This document shows positions 9,469-18,621 of a DNA stretch of 54,506 nt, one piece after another (the stretch's first letter is position 1; each line of letters starts with the position of its first letter). The stretch is from IMG/VR virus record IMGVR_UViG_3300042344_000419. One strand, 5' to 3'. Origin of the DNA: an uncultured virus (IMG/VR IMGVR_UViG_3300042344_000419). Taxonomy: Duplodnaviria > Heunggongvirae > Uroviricota > Caudoviricetes. The notes under the pieces are model-generated. The model saw only the letters and a program-made list of their open reading frames with translations, ran no database searches and was not told the DNA's origin. The position numbers and the translations under genes are program-made.

Positions 9469-11004
9469 GTGGACGATACGCCCTTCGTAAACGATGGGGC
9501 AGACACGTCCTTGCGGAAGGCGGTCAGTCTCCTTAACAAGATTGAGGCTAAGACTGGTCGACTCAATGGTCTAGACAACGACCCTTGGGTTTTTATTCCA
9601 GACTTAATGATGAGTCGCCCCAATGTTGAAGGTGTAGTAAACTTTACTGGTTATTATAGATTCGATGGGGTCGATCGATGGGGGATTGCGAATTCGGGTT
9701 CTTGGGATTACACGTATATAAAAAGACAAGTTGTAGAAGATTACTACCTCTTCACGCTTATGTATCACTATGGTGAAACCGGGCAAGAGCTTGAGTTCGC
9801 AGCTTTTGAGTCTCCATCGCCAGATTTTCCTACCAGTATGGATCCTTCTGGGGGCACCGTAGTCTCTGGTTCTCTTTTATTTAACACCGAACAACGAGAG
9901 TCTTTTTCGGTAAGGGTAACTAACCCAGTAAATGTCATATTACCCCCAGTAGCTCAATCAACAGCTACGACGAAAGTGAGATCTGTCGATTCTGCTGGGG
10001 ATGACTTAATGGGTTCCAGATCTGATTCCGCAGCAACGACAGATACTGGAACATTTTCAGTCTTAGCTTTTATTAAACGTGGCCTACAAAATTGGACTAC
10101 CCTGCTTGCTAAAATTCCGACTCTTGTGTCGGGTAGGATTCCAGTTGATGGGTCAGGTGTAACACAACCAGTTAGTGGAACTATTGCGTTGGATGCTACA
10201 AGTTTGGCAGCCCTAGAGAACATCAGCGTCACTTTCCCAGCTACCCAGAATGTAAACGTCACCAATGCGGGGTTGAATGTTTCGGTAACGAATTTGCCAG
10301 CAGTTGTTGATAATATCTATAATGAGGCCGATAGTATCAGCTTCAATGTGGGTGAAATTAAAACATTGCTTAATACTACTCGTCCAGTCTCCCTAGAATC
10401 AGTCCCTTCCCACCCAGTTACAGGGCCATTAACGGATACCCAGCTTCGAGCCGCTTCTGTCCCAGTTTCGCAAGCAACAGCAGCAAATCTTAATGCTACA
10501 GTTGTCGGGTCTGGTTCATTTACCGCCGCTCAAGCGACAGCTTCCAATCTAAAGGCGCAAGCCCAACTTCTAGACTCCGCTGGTAGTCTTTTAACTTACG
10601 CGGCAACTGGCACGGCTGGGACTCCAGGAGTAGACGTTGTATCGATACAAGGAGTAAGTAGTGGCGTTGCGGTTGCTGTTTCTGGTCCAGTAACAGACAC
10701 ACAGCTTAGGGCATCCTCTATTCCTGTCAGCGACAGGGGTAGTGTTGGTCAAGCTACTGTTACCACTTTTACAAGCACCTCCTCGCTGGTTTTGATGGCT
10801 TCGAATAGCGCAAGAAAGCTGCTGACAGTCTTCAATGAAGGCGCCGGGATCTTATATCTCTTGTACGGGGCTGGCACCGCCACTACTGCTAACTACTCGG
10901 TTCGTATAGGTTCTGGAGATTACCTAGAAATTGAAAAGTATACTGGGGCTGTTACTGGCATATTTGGTACGACTGGGACAGCTCGTGTTACGGAAATTAG
11001 TTAG
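9469..11004 (+). CDS. Virion surface/fibre-like protein with internal repeats
   Basis: S/T/G/V-rich. Repeat V[TS]GP[LV]TDTQLRA.S[VI]PVS at 10417-10470 and 10678-10731. C-terminal domain homologous to that of 53391-54389. Confidence 0.6.
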   Translation: MDDTPFVNDGADTSLRKAVSLLNKIEAKTGRLNGLDNDPWVFIPDLMMSRPNVEGVVNFTGYYRFDGVDRWGIANSGSWDYTYIKRQVVEDYYLFTLMYHYGETGQELEFAAFESPSPDFPTSMDPSGGTVVSGSLLFNTEQRESFSVRVTNPVNVILPPVAQSTATTKVRSVDSAGDDLMGSRSDSAATTDTGTFSVLAFIKRGLQNWTTLLAKIPTLVSGRIPVDGSGVTQPVSGTIALDATSLAALENISVTFPATQNVNVTNAGLNVSVTNLPAVVDNIYNEADSISFNVGEIKTLLNTTRPVSLESVPSHPVTGPLTDTQLRAASVPVSQATAANLNATVVGSGSFTAAQATASNLKAQAQLLDSAGSLLTYAATGTAGTPGVDVVSIQGVSSGVAVAVSGPVTDTQLRASSIPVSDRGSVGQATVTTFTSTSSLVLMASNSARKLLTVFNEGAGILYLLYGAGTATTANYSVRIGSGDYLEIEKYTGAVTGIFGTTGTARVTEIS

Positions 11005-11121
11005 GGAGTAGGCGATGCCTCTTTATCAAAAAGTCCCTGCGGAACCAGTTGCCGTACAGATGGCAGCGTTGATACGGCCTTCTATTAGTGGAACATCTTT
11101 TACTGCGCCCTATACTACCAA
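10995..11121 (+). repeat. 127-bp exact direct repeat, copy 1
   Basis: AATTAGTTAGGGAGTAGGCGATGCC...TATACTACCAA, identical to 54380-54506. Confidence 0.97.
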
Positions 11122-11605
11122 TTTAACGGGAACTGGGTCAAGATTTCTTACGCAAGTTTCAACGTCGAATAGATTGCAGACTATAACATCGTCGGGGATA
11201 AGGCATAACCTTGGACTCGTAACGTCCGTCGCAAGTAATACAAGCCTAGGTTTCACAACTTTCAGGTCAATTTCGGACAATCCAATTCACGTCATACCGC
11301 TGGATACTGGTTCCCCAACAACTGGAACTACATTCATAACTCAAAAATCTAATACGGCGTTTACAGTAGCAAACGGAAGCTATTACATATTATCAAGTGT
11401 AGGTTTACTTGGGCCGTACTCAATGACGCTCGCTGATTCAAATTTTACACTTCAATTCTCTTACGATTCAGCTTACTTTACGTGGGCAACTGCAAGTTCT
11501 ACCATAAACGAGTTAACCGCAGGATTAAATCTTTTTCCCTCAACAAATTTGACGGCAGGAACAGTCTACTATGTTTCTCCTGATAATATCCTAAGAATTG
11601 CGTGA
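11015..11605 (+). CDS. S/T-rich beta-structured hypothetical (putative virion) protein
   Basis: 196-aa ORF with GGGAG RBS; follows both homologous fibre-like genes. Confidence 0.6.
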   Translation: MPLYQKVPAEPVAVQMAALIRPSISGTSFTAPYTTNLTGTGSRFLTQVSTSNRLQTITSSGIRHNLGLVTSVASNTSLGFTTFRSISDNPIHVIPLDTGSPTTGTTFITQKSNTAFTVANGSYYILSSVGLLGPYSMTLADSNFTLQFSYDSAYFTWATASSTINELTAGLNLFPSTNLTAGTVYYVSPDNILRIA

Positions 11606-11606
11606 T

Positions 11607-11729
11607 ATGCCCCTCCTCCTCCTCGCTCTCTTGTTCTGCTCCTGCTCGCCAAGGCCAACTGAAAGCGAATCACAACTCCCGAGGTATTCTGATATGTCAG
11701 CGGCTCACGACGCAATGAACGCAAAATGA
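11607..11729 (+). CDS. Small putative lipoprotein (40 aa)
   Basis: Manual translation MPLLLLALLFCSCSPRP...: hydrophobic N-terminus then Cys. ATGA overlap with the next ORF. Confidence 0.5.
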   Translation: MPLLLLALLFCSCSPRPTESESQLPRYSDMSAAHDAMNAK

Positions 11730-11899
11730 ACACCGACGATCAAGCAATCCAAGCCCTCCAATACCTCCTCGATGAAGGCTTTATCTCTCTTGGGTATATC
11801 GACGGAAAGCCTTCTGTATATCTAACGACCAGCGTATCGGAGGCTCAGAAGGCAATTAAATCCATGGCAAAAGATACAGCAGACTGGTGGAAAAAATGA
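11726..11899 (+). CDS. Hypothetical protein (57 aa)
   Basis: MNTDDQAIQALQYLLDEGF...WWKK; ATGA overlaps on both sides. Confidence 0.6.
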   Translation: MNTDDQAIQALQYLLDEGFISLGYIDGKPSVYLTTSVSEAQKAIKSMAKDTADWWKK

Positions 11900-12153
11900 A
11901 TTGGCTAGTTAAGGCTGTCATCTGGTTCTTCCTACCACACCACGACAGGAATATCTTTCTTGAGGCTTGCAAGCTGGCATCCATGCAAATCGAGCAGCAG
12001 GATGAAACAGAGTACTACGGTGGAACCAAGCATGCCATTGCCTATGAACGCATTCGGACGATCTTAGTGAAAAGCGGTTACGCCAAGTCAGACATAACTG
12101 GGGCAGTCATTCATATGGCTATTGCGCTCAGATATCTGCAAAGCATCCGATAG
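11896..12153 (+). CDS. Hypothetical protein
   Basis: ORF track entry; start moved to the ATGA overlap at 11896. Confidence 0.6.
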   Translation: MNWLVKAVIWFFLPHHDRNIFLEACKLASMQIEQQDETEYYGGTKHAIAYERIRTILVKSGYAKSDITGAVIHMAIALRYLQSIR

Positions 12154-12190
12154 TAGTTGACTCGCCCCCGACCAGTCTTACATTACCTAC

Positions 12191-12358
12191 ATGAACTGGA
12201 TTACCGAAAACTTCGCAAATATCATGGCTGTGGTCGGGGCTGTAATCGTGCTGGCTCGCATTATTGTTAAGCTGACACCAACCCCTGCGGATGATGGCGT
12301 TCTAGACAAGATCGTTGCCGTCCTTAAAACACTCGGCCTTCATATCAACGACAAGTGA
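12191..12358 (+). CDS. Holin-like membrane protein (55 aa)
   Basis: MNWITENFANIMAVVGAVIVLARIIVKLTPTPADD...: one TM helix plus TPTPxDD; first gene of the lysis cassette. Confidence 0.6.
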   Translation: MNWITENFANIMAVVGAVIVLARIIVKLTPTPADDGVLDKIVAVLKTLGLHINDK

Positions 12359-12516
12359 TTCGTCTTATTGGAGCCGTCATTGACCTCGTCTTGAGGCTAA
12401 TGCCGACACCAAGGGAGCAAGTAGATTCGGCATCCAAGAAAAAGAGGGATGAGAATCAGGATAGAATCAATCGTACTTTCACTGGCACTAGCGGTATCCC
12501 TTGGTGGGTGCGCTAG
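12355..12516 (+). CDS. Putative inner-membrane spanin component (53 aa)
   Basis: GTGA overlap. Hydrophobic N-terminus MIRLIGAVIDLVLRL then a charged helix; overlaps the downstream lipoprotein ORF. Confidence 0.45.
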   Translation: MIRLIGAVIDLVLRLMPTPREQVDSASKKKRDENQDRINRTFTGTSGIPWWVR

Positions 12517-12682
12517 TACAGGTGCGAGATATCTCCCTCCAGACACAATAACTTTCCTTACAACCGACTATCGGTTTAAGGCTGTGATGAATGGTGGAGA
12601 GGATGTGAAAGGATGGGCAAGAGATGCACTCTCAACAATCAATGAGCTTCAATACCAGCTCGAACTCGAGCGAAACAAATGA
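12449..12682 (+). CDS. Lipoprotein, putative outer-membrane spanin
   Basis: Signal peptide with lipobox LGGC; lies in the lysis cassette. Confidence 0.6.
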   Translation: MRIRIESIVLSLALAVSLGGCASTGARYLPPDTITFLTTDYRFKAVMNGGEDVKGWARDALSTINELQYQLELERNK

Positions 12683-13203
12683 TCACCCGTGCGAAGATAG
12701 AGTCCATATATCAGGATATCCTCAAGGGATTAGAGCCTACCTTCGCAGCTCGGGTGGCTGCATGGAGGGATGCGGTTATTGCGGGCGGTGTGATTCCGTA
12801 TGTTTATTGCGGTCACAGGACACCACAGGAGCAGCAGGATCTATACGAGCAGGGTAGGACAAAGGCTGGGCGCATCGTCACAAATGCGATGGGCTTGCCC
12901 GTGCCCCAGAGCTTTCATTGTTACGGGAGGGCGATTGACTGGGTTCCCGTATTAAAAGTTAAAGAGGACGGATACGAGGCAGACTGGGGAAACATCCATA
13001 AGTACGGCATGGGGATTGAAAACGGGAAACTCTATAACCTTCAGGCACTTACATGGGAACGTCCTCATCTGCAGGACGGGTACTTCAAGGACTGGAGAGA
13101 CCTTGCAAGGCTTGAGCGAAACGAGCCAAAGCAGGAGCCAGTCGTACAGAAGACACAAAAGAAAACTAAGATAAAAGCAGGGCTGATACCCCGCCAAAAA
13201 TAA
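12679..13203 (+). CDS. Endolysin, peptidase M15 (L-Ala-D-Glu peptidase-like)
   Basis: RTPQEQQDLYEQGR, SFHCYGRAID and WERPHLQ zinc-peptidase motifs. Confidence 0.88.
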   Translation: MITRAKIESIYQDILKGLEPTFAARVAAWRDAVIAGGVIPYVYCGHRTPQEQQDLYEQGRTKAGRIVTNAMGLPVPQSFHCYGRAIDWVPVLKVKEDGYEADWGNIHKYGMGIENGKLYNLQALTWERPHLQDGYFKDWRDLARLERNEPKQEPVVQKTQKKTKIKAGLIPRQK

Positions 13204-13254
13204 TAACTGTTTAGCAGTTGACAGTAGCCAGTTGAGCTGTAGCACTTTCCACAA

Positions 13255-13599
13255 GTGGCGACACTATACAAATTCATCAGGGCTTTTTCCGCAGCTTGGC
13301 GTGTCTTTTCCTTTTCTAATTCATCGCAAGCAAAGTGGATCGATGAAGACCGTACCGCACTTGTTCAATTTCTAAACTCTAGGTCTGGCGCAAGACTGAA
13401 AATACTTTTGCTTGGATACTGCGCTCTTCGGGATGCCCGAGCCTGCATGGCTGGTGGCAATCCGTTTGAGGCTGGTAAGTCGATTGGCTGTCGAGAGATG
13501 GTCAGTTACCTAGACTATCTAGGTGCCAGTGATCTAAGTAAAGATTCCGAGCCTGCCAGCGAAGGGGACATGGCAGATCTCGGTCATTTAGTCCCCTAA
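13255..13599 (+). CDS. Small head-associated hypothetical protein
   Basis: 114 aa immediately before the scaffold gene. Confidence 0.65.
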   Translation: MATLYKFIRAFSAAWRVFSFSNSSQAKWIDEDRTALVQFLNSRSGARLKILLLGYCALRDARACMAGGNPFEAGKSIGCREMVSYLDYLGASDLSKDSEPASEGDMADLGHLVP

Positions 13600-13624
13600 A
13601 CTTCGGGAAAGAAAGGACTCCGTT

Positions 13625-14593
13625 ATGTCCAATGAAGCAGTATTAACCGAACCAGCAACGACACCTCAATCGGGTGAAACGAGCGGGGCAGGTAAGAGTA
13701 TTGATGCTGAGTTACAGGAACTCGGAAAACTAGCAGCACAGGTCGATGGCTTTTCCGAACCCAAGGTCGAAGCACAAGCTCCCCGTAAAACAGACGGACT
13801 CCCGTCTGCGGGTCAGAAGGAAACGGCTGAAAAAGCCACTCGTCGCACAGCATCCGCAACAGATTCTGAAAGCGAAGATCCAATCACCAAGGAAATCAGA
13901 AGCCTTGATGTTGGTGAAGAACGCCAGAAAAGCCGAGATCGTCTCGGCAATCTCTGGGAGCAGTTCAATCAAAAGCAGAAGGAGTTTGCGGAGCAACGGG
14001 CAAAACTGGAACAGGAGGTTGAGCAACTTAGAGCTGCTCCTCCCCGTAATGCCCGTGAAGCCTACACACCAGAAGAACTCCGTCAGTACGCTAAGGACTG
14101 GGAGGACGAAGGTCGTGATGATCTAGCTGCCGAAGCTCGCAAAAAAGCAAATACTATCGAGGAGGATGACCTTCGCAGGTCTCGTATCCAAGCCGATCAG
14201 CAAGCTAAATTCGAGAGTCGTGTACGCCAGAACTGGGACAATCTTGTAAAAGAGAACCCAGACCTAACGGATAAGTCCTCTGATCTCTATCAGACGACTA
14301 TGTCCTATATGGGACATCAAGACCCAATGGTGAAGGACTTCCTGAACCGTCATCCAGACGGTCTTGTCCTTGCCAATGCTCTGGCAAAGCTGCAACTCGC
14401 TGGGGAGTCTGCTGCGGATGTTGTGAAAGAGAACGAGCGGTTAAAGGCCGAAAATCAAAAACTGAAAGGAAGAATGTCACTTGGATCTTCCAATCCTTCT
14501 GCGCCTATGGGCGACAAGAAGATTACTGATATGACCACAGCGGAAGCTGAGTCTTATGTCAGGAATTTGGCGATGCAAGCTGACGGCTTCTAA
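13625..14593 (+). CDS. Capsid scaffolding protein (phage B)
   Basis: Acidic coiled coil directly upstream of the major capsid gene. Confidence 0.75.
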   Translation: MSNEAVLTEPATTPQSGETSGAGKSIDAELQELGKLAAQVDGFSEPKVEAQAPRKTDGLPSAGQKETAEKATRRTASATDSESEDPITKEIRSLDVGEERQKSRDRLGNLWEQFNQKQKEFAEQRAKLEQEVEQLRAAPPRNAREAYTPEELRQYAKDWEDEGRDDLAAEARKKANTIEEDDLRRSRIQADQQAKFESRVRQNWDNLVKENPDLTDKSSDLYQTTMSYMGHQDPMVKDFLNRHPDGLVLANALAKLQLAGESAADVVKENERLKAENQKLKGRMSLGSSNPSAPMGDKKITDMTTAEAESYVRNLAMQADGF

Positions 14594-14617
14594 TCAGTTC
14601 TATTGAGGTAAAACAAT

Positions 14618-15670
14618 ATGGCTATGATGACTCAAGGTAACCCAGCTTCGTTGGGCGATCAGTTTCAGGCTTTGTTCTCCAAAAAACTTCTGGACGGCGT
14701 TGCTGAAACGCTCGTTCTGAACAATTACGGAACGAAGTATGACCTGCCCACCAACACTGGGAACAACAGCATCACCATGTTCCAGTGGAATACCACAGCC
14801 GATGGCACTAATGTGAGCAATCTGACCGAAGGAACCCCGATTTCATCTTATCGTGAAGTTGGACTCCGTAAGATCAATGTTCCCCTTACGCAAGTCGGTG
14901 AAGCACTCAAGGTCACAGATATCCTTAACTACAGCCAGCTGTTCTCAGCCCTGCAGGAAGGTATCCGTGCTTTGACGCTCGATGCGGCTCTCCACTTGGA
15001 CACCGTTGTTCGTAATGCCCTTCAGGGTGTGACCGCAGCTGCTGGTATCGCAAATACTATCGCAGCAGCCCGCACTCAGGACATCTACGGCAATACCGTC
15101 AGCAAGATCTATGCTGGTGCAGCGACTGATTTCGCTACACTCGCAACCGCTGGTGCAAGCTCTACCCCTGTTTACCTGACCCCTTCCGACCTTTTGGATG
15201 CAGCTACGCTCATCCGCTTGGATAAGAATGTCAGCTTAAACGAAGAGTTTAACGCTATCGTTGATCCGACTGTCGCTGGTGATCTGCTCAAGGATTCTAC
15301 CGTTGTTAACATCGCACAATACAATACCAAAACTGGTGTCTCTGACATTGTCAAAGGCCAGCTCGGTCAAATCTATGGTGTGAATGTGCAACAGCACACG
15401 AATGCTTGGAAAGAATCCACTGAAGGAACTTATTCTTCATCTGGACACACGGTCTCGACATATGTTCTTACGAATGGTGCCTTTGGTACGGTCAATTATG
15501 GTGGCCAGTCCCCTTACGCTCCTTCCGTTGTTATCGTGGATAAACCCGATAAATCTGATATTCTCAACCAGAATATCTATGCTGGATGGAAAGCGCATTG
15601 GGCTGTTCAAATCTTGAACGCCAAGAAGGCTCGTGTTCTAAAGAGCAGAACTCGCACGATCAGCTCGTAA
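14618..15670 (+). CDS. Major capsid protein (N4 gp56-like family)
   Basis: 350 aa. LP..G.SI.MF, LTEG, GQLGQIYGV and DILNQNIYAGWK motifs; followed by a terminator. Confidence 0.88.
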   Translation: MAMMTQGNPASLGDQFQALFSKKLLDGVAETLVLNNYGTKYDLPTNTGNNSITMFQWNTTADGTNVSNLTEGTPISSYREVGLRKINVPLTQVGEALKVTDILNYSQLFSALQEGIRALTLDAALHLDTVVRNALQGVTAAAGIANTIAAARTQDIYGNTVSKIYAGAATDFATLATAGASSTPVYLTPSDLLDAATLIRLDKNVSLNEEFNAIVDPTVAGDLLKDSTVVNIAQYNTKTGVSDIVKGQLGQIYGVNVQQHTNAWKESTEGTYSSSGHTVSTYVLTNGAFGTVNYGGQSPYAPSVVIVDKPDKSDILNQNIYAGWKAHWAVQILNAKKARVLKSRTRTISS

Positions 15671-15718
15671 CTCTTTAACTAGAGTCGTGACTTGGGGTAC
15701 GTCCCCGCAAGTCTAGAG

Positions 15719-15748
15719 AACCCCCCAGAAATGGGGGGTTTTCTATTT
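15719..15748 (+). terminator. Rho-independent terminator after the capsid gene
   Basis: AACCCCCCA-GAAA-TGGGGGGTT followed by TTCTATTT. Confidence 0.8.
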
Positions 15749-15780
15749 ACAGGATAAGTTATAACTGCTAAGCAGATGGC

Positions 15781-16068
15781 ATGCCAGCATACGAGTATCG
15801 TGAGGCTGACGGGTCAACAACCATCAGGGTTTTGCCAGTTGAAGATAGGGACAAGTTTCCCAACAGGGTTACCGTACCTTCCAGCATTGCTTTTATCGGG
15901 ACTGCCTATGATCCCACAATTACCGCAAACAAGATCAGGGCAGGGTACAAGGCTATCGAATCCAAGGGTGGATTCATCAAGACCCCAAGGCGTGTGTTTG
16001 AAAAGGCTTGGGGTAGCCACGACACCAAGACGGTTATGCGTAAGGGGCAGGCAGTAAATGTCGTATAA
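15781..16068 (+). CDS. Hypothetical protein with an MPxYEY (FmdB-like) N-terminus but no cysteines
   Basis: MPAYEYREADG...; preceded by TTTACA-17-TAAGCA-6-ATG. Confidence 0.6.
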   Translation: MPAYEYREADGSTTIRVLPVEDRDKFPNRVTVPSSIAFIGTAYDPTITANKIRAGYKAIESKGGFIKTPRRVFEKAWGSHDTKTVMRKGQAVNVV

Positions 16069-16324
16069 AAGCCCAGCTTGGCAGCGCAAAGAGGGCAAAG
16101 ATCCATCTGGTGGATTAAACGAGGCTGGCAGACGTAGCTACAATCGGGCTACGGGAGGCAATCTAAAGGCACCAGCACCAAACCCCAAGACAGATGCCGA
16201 CAGGGAAAGAAGGAAGGCTTTTTGCGCCAGAATGCTTGGCATGAAGAAAAAGCTGACATCTAGCTCGACAGCTAAAGATCCAGACTCACGAATCAATAAA
16301 TCTCTGAGGGCTTGGAACTGCTAG
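16058..16324 (+). CDS. Conserved basic phage protein (DUF6321-like)
   Basis: KSPAWQRKEGKDPSGGLN...RRKAFCARM...SLRAWNC pattern. Confidence 0.7.
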   Translation: MSYKSPAWQRKEGKDPSGGLNEAGRRSYNRATGGNLKAPAPNPKTDADRERRKAFCARMLGMKKKLTSSSTAKDPDSRINKSLRAWNC

Positions 16325-16726
16325 GTGAAAGAGGGCAAGAAGTTCGGCGAGCTGGCCGAACAGATGTTCTGCTTGGAGGTTCTTAAGAGGGGTGGGGTTC
16401 CCTGTAAGCCTATTGGAGACTCCCAGCCATACGATTGGCTGGTTGTTTCTGGTGGTAAGATCCACAAGGTTCAGGTCAAAAGCAGCTGGATGACAGTGTT
16501 AAACAGGGTCGGATCAAGGTCTACAAGCAGGTGCAGGGTATGTGTAAGCCATAAGACATCCAAGAGGGGCATATATAAGAAGCATGACATCGATATCATG
16601 GCTATATGGCTTGAGCCGTTTGGGTCTTGGATGATTATGCCCATAGCGAAACTGGGGCAAAAGAAGACCATACAGGTACGGAGGGCTGACTGCGAAAGCC
16701 CCAGCTGGTCTCTTTTAGGTTTGTAA
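16325..16726 (+). CDS. PD-(D/E)XK endonuclease (group I intron-associated/homing type)
   Basis: GELAE...YDWLV...KVQVKS motif order. Confidence 0.75.
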   Translation: MKEGKKFGELAEQMFCLEVLKRGGVPCKPIGDSQPYDWLVVSGGKIHKVQVKSSWMTVLNRVGSRSTSRCRVCVSHKTSKRGIYKKHDIDIMAIWLEPFGSWMIMPIAKLGQKKTIQVRRADCESPSWSLLGL

Positions 16727-16772
16727 TAACTGCTCTTGACTGCTAAGAAGCTACCAATAGAGTACCCAAGAG

Positions 16773-17702
16773 ATGCCGAATTTTACCAAAGGGAAGACAT
16801 TTACCTCCACTGAGGAGCTGACAAATATCAAGCTCCATCAGCTTGTGGAAGATGCGAGCATGAATGTGACGGCTATCACAAGCCTCACAGCTCTTACAGA
16901 TCCAGTTGCCGACACCGATACACTTCCAATCGCTGATGATAGCGCAACAGCAATCCGCAAAGTTGCTGCCTCAAACTTTCTAAAGAAGAACTCATCTTCT
17001 ATTTATGATGCTGGAACCACACGGGTTACTGGTATTGCAACGCCAGTGTCTGCAAGCGATGCAACAACGAAGGCATATGTGGATTCGATTTCTGTGCTTG
17101 CTGGGAATTTACCTCAAGTAACTGCTGCGAATAATGGAAGTGTATTAGTTGTTTCGGGCGGTACTTGGACTGGAGTAGCTTCAAATGCTATTGGTACTAG
17201 CCAGATTCAGCAGGGCGCAGTCATTGCATCGAAACTGGAGGACAGCACAGTAGTGGCTGGAACTTATGGTGCCTCGACATCGATCCCGCAAATCACGGTT
17301 GATGCAAAGGGAAGGGTTACAGGCGTAATCCAAGTAAATGCAGTACCAAGCAATTTATCTGTTAATACAGATCAGCTGGCAGACTCAGCTGTTAGATCGG
17401 CAAAGATATATGATGGTTCGGTGACCCGACCAAAAATAGAAGATCTTGCTGTAGATAACGGCAAAATAGCAAATTCAACAATCGAGCCTGCAAAACTCAA
17501 TTCAGGTGGGGCACTATTCTTTAGTGCAGCAGGTAATGTGGGTGTGGGAACAAATACCCCATCAACAAAACTTCATGTGAACGGAGTTATTACACATTCG
17601 GTTGGAACGATTGGATCAAATGCAAACGGTTCACGATCAGTTACAACTAATACCGCTACGCCAACTGGCGGTGCGGATGGCGACATAGTCTATGTTATTT
17701 AG
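16773..17702 (+). CDS. Tail fibre protein
   Basis: P.SASDATTKAYVD, ITVDAKGRVT, V...KI.D.AV repeats, GNVGVGTNTPSTKLHV, and C-terminal PTGGADGDI. Confidence 0.82.
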   Translation: MPNFTKGKTFTSTEELTNIKLHQLVEDASMNVTAITSLTALTDPVADTDTLPIADDSATAIRKVAASNFLKKNSSSIYDAGTTRVTGIATPVSASDATTKAYVDSISVLAGNLPQVTAANNGSVLVVSGGTWTGVASNAIGTSQIQQGAVIASKLEDSTVVAGTYGASTSIPQITVDAKGRVTGVIQVNAVPSNLSVNTDQLADSAVRSAKIYDGSVTRPKIEDLAVDNGKIANSTIEPAKLNSGGALFFSAAGNVGVGTNTPSTKLHVNGVITHSVGTIGSNANGSRSVTTNTATPTGGADGDIVYVI

Positions 17703-17705
17703 CCA

Positions 17706-18545
17706 ATGCCGACTACATACATTAGAAACGCTGGAACTTGGCCGAAGTTAAAAAAAGCCTTTATAAAGAACGGTGGCAACTGGTCTGAAATCAAGACCAT
17801 TTGGGTAAGGGACTCGGGTGTATGGAATAAATACTTCGTTAATCTGGTAACCGTAAATGTAACCGCACAGAATAATGTAAACTTAAAAACTCTTTATACG
17901 AACCAGACTGGAGAAATCCCAAGCAGCGGTGTTTCGGTCTTATTTAATATAAACGGAAATATAGGAAGCACTAGCACGGGAACGCCATCCCTTATAACTG
18001 ATACATGGCCTTCTGGAACTGAGTTAACAATCAATGTTGGAAGTGGGGTATATATTGCTGGCGCAGGAGGAGTTATTTCATCCGCTGGCGCAAGAAACGG
18101 TGGCAATGGCGGTACTGCAATATCTCTTTCTTACAATACAACAATCATCAATAACGGTGTAATCGGCGGGGGTGGAGGTGCTGGTGGTGGCGTGAACGTC
18201 AGTACTAGTTATGGCACGCTTCTTAGCAATGGTGGCAATGGTGCTGGTCTTACCGCAGGTAGCGGTGCAACACTCACTGCTGGGGGAGCTGCTGGAGGAG
18301 TTGTGGAGACAAATGCCTGTTCGTCTGGTTTTTGTAGCTGTTGGTTTAGGGGTTATGCTGGTGCGGGTGGTGGTCTTGGTGCAAATGGAGTTGCTGGAAC
18401 TGCTCGTTCCGCTGGAAATATGTGCAATACAGACGTTTTTTTCGCTGCTGGTGGAACTGCTGGAACTGCTGGAAAAGCCATAGCATTAAATGGCAATACC
18501 GCAACACGCTCTGGAAGCGGTCAAACGCTTGGGAATGTTGTCTAA
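17706..18545 (+). CDS. Glycine-rich receptor-binding adhesin (T-even gp38-like)
   Basis: Three Trp-containing N-terminal repeats (xxGxW), YIAGAGG and poly-Gly runs; follows the fibre gene. Confidence 0.7.
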   Translation: MPTTYIRNAGTWPKLKKAFIKNGGNWSEIKTIWVRDSGVWNKYFVNLVTVNVTAQNNVNLKTLYTNQTGEIPSSGVSVLFNINGNIGSTSTGTPSLITDTWPSGTELTINVGSGVYIAGAGGVISSAGARNGGNGGTAISLSYNTTIINNGVIGGGGGAGGGVNVSTSYGTLLSNGGNGAGLTAGSGATLTAGGAAGGVVETNACSSGFCSCWFRGYAGAGGGLGANGVAGTARSAGNMCNTDVFFAAGGTAGTAGKAIALNGNTATRSGSGQTLGNVV

Positions 18546-18621
18546 CAAGAAACTAACACTTTAATGATATATTGCGTTAGAAAAATATGAAGCTATTAAA
18601 AAAACAAATAGGAACTATTAA

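Larger units (their letters stand above)
1..10994. mobile_element. Partial temperate phage genome (phage A): replication/recombination, lysogeny and head-packaging modules
   Basis: Own integrase, TerL, portal and scaffold-like gene. Contains CCGG/CGCG/CCWGG sites, unlike the rest of the window. Ends where the 127-bp repeat starts. Confidence 0.8.
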
